IMG/VR virus record: IMGVR_UViG_3300042922_001018
Length of the DNA stretch: 64,000 nt
Source of the DNA: a virus
Lineage: Duplodnaviria > Heunggongvirae > Uroviricota > Caudoviricetes
Strand: one strand, 5' to 3'
The notes beneath the pieces are model-generated. The model worked only from the letters and a program-made list of their open reading frames with translations, searched no databases and had not been told where the DNA came from. Made by a program: the position numbers and the translations under genes. The first letter of the stretch is position 1, and each line of letters begins with the position of its first letter. This document shows, one piece after another, positions 47,947 to 56,792 of this stretch.

Positions 47947-48171
47947 TTACTCGGGGGTTCCGACGTTGTCAAGCCGCGTACGCTCTGCATCCGCAGCCCG
48001 CTGACGACGCTCATCAGCCTGACGCTGGAGCTGCTTGACGCCTCGCTGGCGGGTGTCATCCTTGCCCTGCGCGTAGCGCACTGCGCCCGCGACGTTGCCC
48101 GTTCGGCCGAGACCGACAGCGTAATCGCGGATGGAGATGGACTTGCCGCCTCCGAGGTTGATGCGTGACAT
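47947..48171 (-). CDS. Hypothetical protein
   Basis: TTGACA-17-TAGGCT-7-ATG. Confidence 0.65.
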   Translation of the reverse strand: MSRINLGGGKSISIRDYAVGLGRTGNVAGAVRYAQGKDDTRQRGVKQLQRQADERRQRAADAERTRLDNVGTPE

Positions 48172-48203
48172 GTGTACGAGCCTATCTGGTCAGGTGCCGC
48201 GTG

Positions 48204-48554
48204 TCAAATCTGGTTCATGCCCGGCTCAGCGAACGCCGCCAGGGCGTCTGCGGCCCGGTCGATGTGTGCACGCACCGTGGTCTTCTCGTAGTACGAGCGG
48301 AGCAGCTCCATGTCAGCAGCGGTAGCGATGCGACGACCCACGCCGAAGCCATCAGCCTGCGGAGCGATACCCGTCGCGCTCAACTCCGCACCGTTCGGCG
48401 CCTGAACAGTGGCGCTTCGCCAACGAGTCTCATCATCCACCGAGTAGTAGATGACCGGCCAGCCGAGGCGCTCGGAGAGCGCGTATGCGAGCAAGCCGCT
48501 GTAGTGGCCGGTGAAGTAGTCCTGGTCGTTCGCGGACAGCGGCGAATCGTTCAT
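48204..48554 (-). CDS. Homologue of the 50207..50707 domain lacking the leader peptide
   Basis: FTGHYSGLLAYALSERLGW...ATGI. Confidence 0.65.
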   Translation of the reverse strand: MNDSPLSANDQDYFTGHYSGLLAYALSERLGWPVIYYSVDDETRWRSATVQAPNGAELSATGIAPQADGFGVGRRIATAADMELLRSYYEKTTVRAHIDRAADALAAFAEPGMNQI

Positions 48555-48844
48555 GCGAGTGTCTCCTGAGGCGGGGTGAAAGTGTACCCGGCGTAGACGC
48601 GGGTGACCCCGCCATGCCGGTAAGCGTGGAAAGAGACGGCGTCTCGGTTGAACTCGTGGCCGGGGAAGGCACGCTCCGTGCCGTAGACCACGAGGTTATT
48701 CTCCGGGTCGAGCAGCAGCGCGCGGCCTTCCGAAACGTGGGAAGCGAGCAGCGCGGCGAGACGGCGCTTCAAAACGTCGAGCGTATCGCCTGAGTCGCCT
48801 GCGGGAAGCTCAGCCCAGACATGGTACTGGTCACTCTCGCCCAT
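48551..48844 (-). CDS. Hypothetical protein
   Basis: Coupled ORF. Confidence 0.6.
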   Translation of the reverse strand: MGESDQYHVWAELPAGDSGDTLDVLKRRLAALLASHVSEGRALLLDPENNLVVYGTERAFPGHEFNRDAVSFHAYRHGGVTRVYAGYTFTPPQETLA

Positions 48845-49107
48845 CAGACGTAGTAGCCCTTGCCGCCGGGCATGATGATGAGCAGAATCTCGTGCGCGTA
48901 CTCGCGGAACTTGTCGCCCTGGTTCTCGCAGTACAGGCGGATGTAGTCCACCTTCGCAGCATCGGGATACGCGAAGTCAGAGTAGACCCCTTCCTCGTCC
49001 GCAATCATGTCGAGGATGCGCCCGGCGTGGTACGTGAACGCACGCTCGTCCTTGTGCTCGATGCAGTACGCCTCGATGGCGTTCAGGGCGGCGGGGATAC
49101 TGGGCAT
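48844..49107 (-). CDS. Hypothetical protein with internal duplication
   Basis: IxxYC...FxxxAxxILxxI twice; TTGACA-18-TAGACT-6-ATG. Confidence 0.7.
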   Translation of the reverse strand: MPSIPAALNAIEAYCIEHKDERAFTYHAGRILDMIADEEGVYSDFAYPDAAKVDYIRLYCENQGDKFREYAHEILLIIMPGGKGYYV

Positions 49108-49116
49108 GGGTCGAGT

Positions 49117-49332
49117 CTAACGTCGCTTGCGGCGTGTTGTCAAGTGCTGATGCATGATGCCGACTGCGGCAATGAACGTCCACCAGAAATAGACGTAGAG
49201 GAACACGATGATGTACCCGGAACGGTAGTACATGGCGAGAACCATCATGCAGAGCAGCCCGACAGCGCCGAATCGGTAGGCTAGGCGTTCAGGCTTGGAA
49301 ACTCGGTCGCGCCATCTCATCGTGCGGCCCAC
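49117..49332 (-). CDS. Small membrane protein
   Basis: Two TM segments. Confidence 0.55.
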   Translation of the reverse strand: MGRTMRWRDRVSKPERLAYRFGAVGLLCMMVLAMYYRSGYIIVFLYVYFWWTFIAAVGIMHQHLTTRRKRR

Positions 49333-49715
49333 TCACAGAAGTCTTCCATGATGTCCAGCAGCATGTCCCAGCCGTCCTGGTACTCCTTCAAGTCCACTGC
49401 GCTGCGCATCCGCAGGAAAGTATCGTACACGGAGCCGGGAAGCTCTTCGTACTGTTCGTCGGGGCTTGCCGTCCAGGGCCAGGCGAACTCACCCTCATGG
49501 AACAGGTGAATCGCATCCGTGATGCCATCAGGGATGGCTTCTACGAGAGGGATAGCAGCGTCGAGAAACGCCCGGTGGCCTTCGTACGTGATTTCCTCGG
49601 GCCAAGCGACGTTCAGATGCTCCAGCAGCTCTGAAGACAGCTCGTATACGTTCACGCCCGAACGGCGGTCCCAGTCACGAGGGACGCCGAAGCCATCCTC
49701 CGGACCATACGTCAT
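49317..49715 (-). CDS. Hypothetical protein
   Basis: TAGCCT-6-ATG. Confidence 0.65.
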   Translation of the reverse strand: MTYGPEDGFGVPRDWDRRSGVNVYELSSELLEHLNVAWPEEITYEGHRAFLDAAIPLVEAIPDGITDAIHLFHEGEFAWPWTASPDEQYEELPGSVYDTFLRMRSAVDLKEYQDGWDMLLDIMEDFCEWAAR

Positions 49716-49772
49716 ACCGGCAGGCTACCGTGTATGTCGCTGCGAGTCAAGAACACACGGTACGATGGCGTC

Positions 49773-50213
49773 ATGCACCTCGTCAAGGCACCGCAAGAAA
49801 TCCCCGAGTACGCTGACCTCTTCCTTGCTGGAGGTATCAGTGGGACCGGCGATTGGCAAGCGTACGCCGAGCAGCGACTCGCTCACTTCTCCGGCGTGGT
49901 CATCAACCCACGCCGCGACGGTCATCTGGAGCCGGAGTTCGAGGCAGAACAGGTCGCGTGGGAGCATGTAGCCCTACGGGTCAGCGACACCATCCTGTTC
50001 TGGTTCCCGAAGGAGACGCTGTGCCCTATCACGCTCTTCGAGCTGGGTGCATGGTCGATGACGAAGAAGCAGCTCTTCGTCGGGGTCGAGCCGGAGTATC
50101 AGCGGCGGACGAACGTGCTCGAACAGCTTCGACTGGCCCGGCCGGACGTACAGGTGCAGGACACGCTGGATGACACACTACGCCTGGCGTTGCGCACGCT
50201 ACTGCATCAGTGA
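49773..50213 (+). CDS. Nucleoside 2-deoxyribosyltransferase-like protein
   Basis: FLAGGI...DWQ...NPRR...QVAWE...PITLFELG; TACGAT-6-ATG. Confidence 0.85.
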   Translation: MHLVKAPQEIPEYADLFLAGGISGTGDWQAYAEQRLAHFSGVVINPRRDGHLEPEFEAEQVAWEHVALRVSDTILFWFPKETLCPITLFELGAWSMTKKQLFVGVEPEYQRRTNVLEQLRLARPDVQVQDTLDDTLRLALRTLLHQ

Positions 50214-50707
50214 CGAACACCCATGTCGTCCAGCCAGGAAATGAGCTGGTCGGCGACACGTTCAACACGGTCACGGTCTGAGTACGTCTGGAACTCGGTG
50301 GCGATGAACTCGCGTTCTGTTGGCGGCATCTCGGTCAGGAGAATATCGTCGGCCGCTTCCAGTTCCTCGTCAGTGAACGCATCCGCGTACCGGTCATCGT
50401 TCAGGATATGGTCGCCGTCGCTGATGCCGGTGGCGTCGAGAACATGACCGTCTGGTCCGCGAACAGCAGCGTGCGTCCAGCCGTGGCCGTCGGTCGTGAT
50501 GATGACCGGTTCCCATCCGAGGCGCTCGTGCAGCCTTTGGGCGAGATGGTTGCAGTCGCCGCCCGTGAAGTCGCTGATGTCTTGTTCGTCCAGCGGAGAC
50601 TCCTGGAAAGGGATGACTGGGGCGAGACCAACTTCGGGTGTGGCGCCGGTCTTCTCGGCGAACTTCCCGTCGGTCGCCCGGTTGACCTCGGTCTCGTTGA
50701 AGGTCAT
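50207..50707 (-). CDS. Leader-family protein with putative Cys-His-Asp domain
   Basis: MTFNETEVNRATDGKFAEKTGATPEVGL; FTGGDC...WTH...LDATG. Confidence 0.8.
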   Translation of the reverse strand: MTFNETEVNRATDGKFAEKTGATPEVGLAPVIPFQESPLDEQDISDFTGGDCNHLAQRLHERLGWEPVIITTDGHGWTHAAVRGPDGHVLDATGISDGDHILNDDRYADAFTDEELEAADDILLTEMPPTEREFIATEFQTYSDRDRVERVADQLISWLDDMGVRH

Positions 50708-51711
50708 GACGCACCGCCTCGGTCACCCTGTCGGTAACCCGGCCACGGCTCAGCCTTCGCCACACCGACGAACTTCGTCTCCGGAGTTCCACGTAGCTCC
50801 GTGTCCGAGGAGGCCGATACCACGAGACCCTTCGCCCCTTCTTCGAATTCGATGCGCGCGCGAGCGCCTTGTGCGATGACGATTGTCGGGTCGGACCCCT
50901 TCGGCACCTTGACTGTCGCGGTGGTGTCGAACGAGATGAGGACCGTGTCGGTGCCAGATGCTTCGATGGTGGGCGAGCCGCCCGAGAAGAGCGAGGCACT
51001 GGCCCCGTGCCCAGAAGCTTCTGCATGCCTGAGGCGTGTGTTCCGCCCCGCTTCGGTGGAGTCACCGAAGCCCGAGATGGCCGCGACCGCCTGAGACACA
51101 GCGCGCTCGTAGTTGTTCTGCGTCGCGAGTTCCGCCGCACGGGTGGCGTACCCGGCGGCGAGGTGCTTGTACCGACGGTTGGCATCCCGCTCGGAAAGCT
51201 CGCCGTCCATGTAGAGATTTTCGGGGGAGGTGTGCGCCTCGAACGCGTCGGCCAGGTCGCTCAGGTTACGAACGAAACCGAATGAGCCGCTCTTGGAGGG
51301 GCGGGTTTCTTCCTCCGGCTGGGGTTCAGTTTCGCGGCTGGCGCGCTCCGCGATGTAGTCATCGACCACGGCATCGGATAGGCGGACCTCTCCTTCGTAC
51401 TCGTGGAGGAAGAAGTCGTTGACCAGACCGTTCCGAGCGATTTCGGGATACAGGCGCGCATAGCTCTGGTCCTCGCGCATTGCCTTCACCTCGTCGAGCG
51501 TCCAGTTGTCCAGCACGCCTTCCACGTCGAACGCATTCGACTCGTCGTAGCCGAAGTACCCGCTCTCACCGTCGATGTCGAAGATGTTGCGACGGATGGA
51601 TGCGGTGACCGGCTCACGCTCAACAGTCAGGCCGACTTCCGGGGCTGCTCCGACCTTATCGGTGAACTTGCCGTCCGTTGCGCGAGGGTGGCCCTGGGAA
51701 TCGAAACTCAT
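50704..51711 (-). CDS. Leader-family protein
   Basis: MSFDSQGHPRATDGKFTDKVGAAPEVGL; motif at 51719. Confidence 0.8.
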   Translation of the reverse strand: MSFDSQGHPRATDGKFTDKVGAAPEVGLTVEREPVTASIRRNIFDIDGESGYFGYDESNAFDVEGVLDNWTLDEVKAMREDQSYARLYPEIARNGLVNDFFLHEYEGEVRLSDAVVDDYIAERASRETEPQPEEETRPSKSGSFGFVRNLSDLADAFEAHTSPENLYMDGELSERDANRRYKHLAAGYATRAAELATQNNYERAVSQAVAAISGFGDSTEAGRNTRLRHAEASGHGASASLFSGGSPTIEASGTDTVLISFDTTATVKVPKGSDPTIVIAQGARARIEFEEGAKGLVVSASSDTELRGTPETKFVGVAKAEPWPGYRQGDRGGAS

Positions 51712-51749
51712 GCCTCCGTGTAGGCGGAGAATCGTGGTAGCATGAGTTC

Positions 51750-51881
51750 ATGACAGAAACAGTCGAGCAGTCGCCTTCCGAACGCCGTCTCTTGTGGAGT
51801 GTCATCACCGTGCTGGGTGTCGCTGCGGTCGGCCTGTACGCGAGCGGCATCTCCATTGCCCTCCGGTTGGCCGCACTGTAA
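51750..51881 (+). CDS. Small membrane protein (43 aa, not in ORF track)
   Basis: TAGCAT-6-ATG; one TM. Confidence 0.5.
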   Translation: MTETVEQSPSERRLLWSVITVLGVAAVGLYASGISIALRLAAL

Positions 51882-51897
51882 CCGCCATCAGTCTCGG

Positions 51898-52524
51898 TTA
51901 GACCTTGAAGCGTCGGCCTAGACCGTACGCTTCCACTTCTGCGGGAGCAACCAGCTCTAGGTCTCCAGACGCCGAAATGACCTTCCCGGTCGCTCCAGGC
52001 TCGAACACGACTCGGATGGCAGAGTTCTTGCCCACAGCCACAAGGCCATGAGCGCCCTGTTTCACCGTAATGACGCCACCTGTCGTGCGTACCAGAGTCA
52101 CAGTCACGTCCTCATCGAACTCGTCTACCGGCTGGCCTCGGTCATACGCCACAGCGGTCTGTGACTCATGATGAGTCCACGTCTCCTTGAACCCGCCGCC
52201 CGGTGTACGCGATGCGTCGCCCTTGATGAGACTCGATGCCATGAATGCGGCGTGACCTGCGTTTTCCTTGTCGGCCAGCTCGATGAGGCGCGTGGTCACA
52301 TCGCCTGAGAAGGTGCGATTGAACCAGTCCATCGTTCCCCCGTCTTCGCAGCTTCGCTGCATCCGTCGGTAGCTCTCCAGCAGGTTCGGGATGTGGTCGA
52401 TGTCTTCGTACGAGCGAGACCGTGAGGCGGCCGGTTCGAGCGATACGTCTGGCCCAGCGCCTTCCTTCGGGCCGAACCGACCATCCAGTTCGCGGGGCTG
52501 CTTCTTGCTTCCGAAACCCAGCAT
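51898..52524 (-). CDS. Leader-family protein (variant leader)
   Basis: QPRELDGRFGPKEGAGPDVSL; paralog of next. Confidence 0.8.
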   Translation of the reverse strand: MLGFGSKKQPRELDGRFGPKEGAGPDVSLEPAASRSRSYEDIDHIPNLLESYRRMQRSCEDGGTMDWFNRTFSGDVTTRLIELADKENAGHAAFMASSLIKGDASRTPGGGFKETWTHHESQTAVAYDRGQPVDEFDEDVTVTLVRTTGGVITVKQGAHGLVAVGKNSAIRVVFEPGATGKVISASGDLELVAPAEVEAYGLGRRFKV

Positions 52525-53174
52525 TACGCCTCAGACCGCTCGCCGTAGCCGTAAGACTCCACTTCTGCGGGAGCGACAAGCTCCAGGTGGTCAGATGCCG
52601 AGATGACCTTGCCCCGAGCACCTTCCTCGAACACGATACGGACCTTCGCACCGTCGTCCACTGCGATGAGCGCGTGAGCGCCGCTCTTGATAGTCACGGT
52701 TCCACCGGACGTACGATGGAAGGTCAGGGTCGCGTCTGCGTCGTACGTGTCATCGGGCTGCCCACCCGTGTATGCGGTCACCGGGTTGGAGTGCTGTTTC
52801 CGCCAGTCTCGCTTGAAGCCGTTCGGGGTACGGCTTTCCTGGCCGCGGGGCAGCTTGGAGGCGATAGACGCCCACTTCTCGAAGTTGTCCTCGTCAACAA
52901 GCTCGATGATGCGGGTGGCAGCGTCTCCGGAGAAAGTCTTATCGACCCAGCCCTGGAGTGCGCGGTCGCTGCGTTCTCTTGCGGACTTCGAGTGATTCTG
53001 GAACGCCGAGTACACGTCCTCGACCGTGTTCAAGTCCATGTATGTGCGAGAGCGAGAAGGTCGCTTCTTCAGCGTGGTCCCCGGCGCCGTGAGCGAAACT
53101 TCTGGCGAGGCACCGGTCTTCTCAGTGAACTGTCCGGTGCTCGCACGCGGGTGGTCAGAAGGGTCAAACGACAT
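52524..53174 (-). CDS. Leader-family protein
   Basis: MSFDPSDHPRASTGQFTEKTGASPEVSL; motif at 53182. Confidence 0.8.
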   Translation of the reverse strand: MSFDPSDHPRASTGQFTEKTGASPEVSLTAPGTTLKKRPSRSRTYMDLNTVEDVYSAFQNHSKSARERSDRALQGWVDKTFSGDAATRIIELVDEDNFEKWASIASKLPRGQESRTPNGFKRDWRKQHSNPVTAYTGGQPDDTYDADATLTFHRTSGGTVTIKSGAHALIAVDDGAKVRIVFEEGARGKVISASDHLELVAPAEVESYGYGERSEA

Positions 53175-53196
53175 GCCCTGATGTAGGCGGAGACAC

Positions 53197-54030
53197 CTAC
53201 TCCGTGAGGAGTAGAGCGAAGTCCCGTGAGATGGGCGGGTTGAGCAGGTCGCCGATGGAACCGCGGCCGAGTACAGTCAGACTCCGCGCCCAGTCACCGT
53301 CGATGCCGCTCGCTTCGATGCGGCGGAGATGCCGTTCGTCAAGGATGGCGGGATGGAAGTACGCAGCGTTCTCATCAGGATGCTCAGGGTCATCCATGTA
53401 CAGCGGATGGGCATACCAGCCTGCCTTCGGTTTCGACAGCGGTGAACCTTGGATACGCAAAAGGGTGACGCCACCGATGCGTACGAGCTGCCCTACGACT
53501 TCACGGCCGAGAACGAACTCACCGTTCTGCTCCTTCGCCGCAAGAATCGTGTCAGCGAAGTACCGGATGCTTTCGGCTATCGTCATCGTCTTCAGCCACG
53601 CGGGCGTGTACGCGCTACGGCGGCGACGTGCGTACTCTCGGCGAATCGGCCCGAACATGGTGCCTTGCTCATGGAGTTCGCGCCAGTCACCAGGATTGAA
53701 AGTCCCTGCGTCCCACGCGGCTCGGACAAGGTCTCCGGGGATGCCGTCGCGGATGGCCTGGAGCGCTCTGGGGATGAGATACCGCGCTCCGTCAGGGTCG
53801 CCCTTGCGATAGACGACTGCGGGGTGCTTCGACCATTCCGCGCGGTCCGCGGTCGGGAGCATGTCCATCCCTACGTCAACCGGGAGGGCTACCAGGCGGT
53901 CAGGCCCAGGGCGAGAGTTCTTGACCTCATCGAACTGGTCAAGGCGGTTGTGTACCGCCCACGCTGTTGCTTTCTGGGGGTTCCCGCCTTCGGCGAAAAC
54001 TCGACGTGCTTGTGCTGGTACCGCGGCCAT
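53197..54030 (-). CDS. Hypothetical protein
   Basis: TAGACT-7-ATG. Confidence 0.7.
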   Translation of the reverse strand: MAAVPAQARRVFAEGGNPQKATAWAVHNRLDQFDEVKNSRPGPDRLVALPVDVGMDMLPTADRAEWSKHPAVVYRKGDPDGARYLIPRALQAIRDGIPGDLVRAAWDAGTFNPGDWRELHEQGTMFGPIRREYARRRRSAYTPAWLKTMTIAESIRYFADTILAAKEQNGEFVLGREVVGQLVRIGGVTLLRIQGSPLSKPKAGWYAHPLYMDDPEHPDENAAYFHPAILDERHLRRIEASGIDGDWARSLTVLGRGSIGDLLNPPISRDFALLLTE

Positions 54031-54067
54031 ACCCTACAGTCTAACGAGGGCATGGCCGCGGACTGAC

Positions 54068-54451
54068 TCACATGTCAGCGAGCTGGTTCACCGCCGGGTC
54101 GAACAGACGCCACTCGAACGCGAAGTCAGCCAGGTCGAACCACTCGTCGTCTCCCTCGAAGACGACATTCGTGCCCTGCGCAGCGACGACCGTGTAGATG
54201 GTCACGTCGCGTGTTTCCGGGTCGATGATGACCAGTGGGCTGCCGACGAGCGATGCGGTCGCTTCCTCCAGAACGCGGGCCACGTTGGCACGGTGCTTGG
54301 GGCTGCCGGACTCCCGCGCAATGAGCGCGAGCTGAGTGAAGATGAACTGGTCGATGGGGATACCCTTGGCCATGGCCAGAGCACGCGCCCGCTTGACGGC
54401 GCGGTTGGTGCGGACATCGGACTCGTAGAAGGGTTTGAGGTCTGTAATCAC
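54068..54451 (-). CDS. Hypothetical protein
   Basis: TAGGCT-7-GTG. Confidence 0.65.
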   Translation of the reverse strand: MITDLKPFYESDVRTNRAVKRARALAMAKGIPIDQFIFTQLALIARESGSPKHRANVARVLEEATASLVGSPLVIIDPETRDVTIYTVVAAQGTNVVFEGDDEWFDLADFAFEWRLFDPAVNQLADM

Positions 54452-54492
54452 GCCCCCTAGCCTACACGACGTTCCCGATGACAGCGGCTATG

Positions 54493-55041
54493 TCAACCGC
54501 GCAGCTTCTCCTCTGAAACCGTCTCGATGAGGCCGTCGGCTTCATCTCCGAAGGCGGAGTCCAGGAACTCGATAGAGTCGTCATCTCCCTCGGCCGCGGC
54601 TCGCGCGATGACAGCGAGAGCTTCCTCTGTCGTCTTCGGCGCCTCGCCCGCGGTGTAGATGGAATCCTCTCCCGCGTACAGCATGGTCACGGGTGTGCCA
54701 TCATGCGGGCTGGAGCTAGCGATGGCAGTGACACCCCGCTCTTCGACGAGTCGGGCAAGGCGCGTCTTAGCGTGACCGGTGAGGCGCGGGTCCGTGATGG
54801 GGTTGCGCGAACTCGACGGCTCCAGAGTCAGCAGGTCCGGCACCTGGAAACCGAAGTTCAGTGAAGCCAGGTTGAAGGAACCAGAGAAGTCGTCCGGGAG
54901 GAGACCGGACTCCGGTGCCGACCCGCGCTTCGCGGCGAACTTGCCGTCGCCCTTACGGGGCTGGGCAGTTGCCTGCGCGTATCGGTCAGCCGCGATACGG
55001 TCAAGGTTCTCACGGAGACTCTTGGGGTTCTTGTCGGTCAT
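54493..55041 (-). CDS. Leader-family protein (motif displaced ~20 aa)
   Basis: QPRKGDGKFAAKRGSAPESGL; motif at 55050. Confidence 0.75.
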   Translation of the reverse strand: MTDKNPKSLRENLDRIAADRYAQATAQPRKGDGKFAAKRGSAPESGLLPDDFSGSFNLASLNFGFQVPDLLTLEPSSSRNPITDPRLTGHAKTRLARLVEERGVTAIASSSPHDGTPVTMLYAGEDSIYTAGEAPKTTEEALAVIARAAAEGDDDSIEFLDSAFGDEADGLIETVSEEKLRG

Positions 55042-55079
55042 GCCTTCAGTGTAGGCGGACCGATGAGCTTCCGCAAGTC

Positions 55080-55547
55080 TCAGAAGCCTCGGACCTGTTC
55101 CCAGAATGAGCGCTTCGGGTTGACGATGCTCTGGTACTCGTCACCGAACAGCTCGCGAGCGATTGCGTGCTCCTCCTCGCCGACCCGGTTGTCGCGCTCG
55201 TAGGCGCGCGCCGCGAGAACGACATCGGCAATGGCCTGGTCTGCGGTTCCGTAGGCTCCGCTCTCCGCGTCCTCCGCCTTCTTCTCGCTCTGCTTCTTGC
55301 CCATCTCTGCGAACACGATGTCATGGCGGTCGAGGAAGGACCGAATGCGGACCGTGTCCGAAGGCGTCAACCGTTCGTTTTTGGCTACACCGCCGCGCGG
55401 CAGCTTGAACACGTCCGTGACTGGCCGCATGTCTCGGCGAGTAGCTGGCGCCGAATCAGAGCGAAGCGAAACCTCCGATGGCAGACCACGCTTGTCCGCG
55501 AACCGGCCTCCGGTATCGCGAACGGTGTCAGCCTCGTTGAATGTCAT
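55080..55547 (-). CDS. Leader-family protein
   Basis: MTFNEADTVRDTGGRFADKRGLPSEVSL; motif at 55555. Confidence 0.8.
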   Translation of the reverse strand: MTFNEADTVRDTGGRFADKRGLPSEVSLRSDSAPATRRDMRPVTDVFKLPRGGVAKNERLTPSDTVRIRSFLDRHDIVFAEMGKKQSEKKAEDAESGAYGTADQAIADVVLAARAYERDNRVGEEEHAIARELFGDEYQSIVNPKRSFWEQVRGF

Positions 55548-55566
55548 GACCCGCTGTAGGCGGTGG

Positions 55567-56136
55567 TCACCGCCCTCGAAGCCGGTCCCCCAGGGAAGGA
55601 GCGGGCGGCGACACGATGGCATCGTAATCAGCACCGAAGACTTCACGGGCCAGCTTGTCGCGGTCCTCGTAGTACCTGCGGGACTCTGGGAAGTCACGCG
55701 CCTTCCGCGCATTGTAGATGAGGTTGTAGAGGGTGTACCGAGAGCCGTGATGACCTTCGACGGTACCGGCTTTCAGGATACGCCCATCTGCGAAGCCGTA
55801 CTTCGCCTTGTAGAAAGCGCCGTCTTCGGTTGCGTGCCCTGTAGGCCTGATGAATACGGTGAACCCGGTCCTCTCCACGAAGTCTTCCACGCGAGCCACA
55901 TCACGCTCGCTCATGCCGGACTTCCTGTACAGCACGGGAACGGGGTAAGACTCCGCATCCTTCTCATACCCGAGTGGGCGCCGGAGCTTGCTGCCCAGCG
56001 ACGCTTCCGGTGCTTGCGGACGGCTTCCGTCCACAGCGCGCAGTGGTTCGCTGAGCGATACCTCTGTCGCCGAGCCGGTCTTCTCTGAGAAGCGTCCAGT
56101 CGTATCGCGACGAATCGCCGACTCATTGAATGTCAT
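55567..56136 (-). CDS. Leader-family protein
   Basis: MTFNESAIRRDTTGRFSEKTGSATEVSL. Confidence 0.8.
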   Translation of the reverse strand: MTFNESAIRRDTTGRFSEKTGSATEVSLSEPLRAVDGSRPQAPEASLGSKLRRPLGYEKDAESYPVPVLYRKSGMSERDVARVEDFVERTGFTVFIRPTGHATEDGAFYKAKYGFADGRILKAGTVEGHHGSRYTLYNLIYNARKARDFPESRRYYEDRDKLAREVFGADYDAIVSPPAPSLGDRLRGR

Positions 56137-56792
56137 CGCAGACCAGCCCCTACTCGTGCGTTGAGAATCTGTGCTCGGGTGTACTCCTGGATGGCTTCGA
56201 TAGCTGTGCGCCGCGCTTCCCAGTCCTCATCTACGGTGTACTTCGCCGTCACACCCGAAGTATCGAAGAGCATGTCCAGGTCATCCCACAGGTCACGCTT
56301 CTCCGCGTGGGTGAGTTCCACCTGTTCGCCGTCTACCCACCACTCGTTCATCGAGTCAGGAGCCGAAGAATCAATCAGGGCGGGGCCATCAGTTCGGTGA
56401 AGCTTGCCCTCGCGGTAATACTCACCGTCACCGGGCGGGGACCAGGCGAGACGGACTGCGGGAGCGCCCTCGCGGTGCAGCTTGCCGTCCTTGAAGAAGC
56501 TCTGCTTGACTGTCGGGAACACCTTCAGAGGCGAGATAGCGACCTCATCGTAGCCGGGGTTCTCACGATGGGCGTCCGCCGCCTCGTTTGCAGCCTTCGC
56601 AGACGAGAAGTCCCCGCCGTCCCAGCCACATCCTTTGCACCATGCGCGGGTCCAGGAGACCCGGACCTCGCAGACGATGCCGTCGCCGCGGTCGATGACG
56701 CCAGGCTTCAGAGCGACCTCAGCGGGCGCGCCGGTCTTCTCGGTGAACTTGCCGTCTGTGGCCCGACTGACCTCAGACTCTTTGAATGTCAT
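56133..56792 (-). CDS. Leader-family protein with CxxC and GKLHRxxGPA repeats
   Basis: MTFKESEVSRATDGKFTEKTGAPAEVAL; motif at 56801; related to 11956..12669. Confidence 0.8.
   Translation of the reverse strand: MTFKESEVSRATDGKFTEKTGAPAEVALKPGVIDRGDGIVCEVRVSWTRAWCKGCGWDGGDFSSAKAANEAADAHRENPGYDEVAISPLKVFPTVKQSFFKDGKLHREGAPAVRLAWSPPGDGEYYREGKLHRTDGPALIDSSAPDSMNEWWVDGEQVELTHAEKRDLWDDLDMLFDTSGVTAKYTVDEDWEARRTAIEAIQEYTRAQILNARVGAGLR

Noticed and set aside
53197-54030. Membership of the GIPxEY family
   Set aside because: Only weak echoes (DGIPGDL, SGIDGDWA, PISRDFA), so it was not counted.
2631-56792. Leader as a RiPP leader peptide or Tat signal
   Set aside because: The bodies are 120-390 aa domains rather than short cores, and there is no hydrophobic h-region or consistent twin-arginine.
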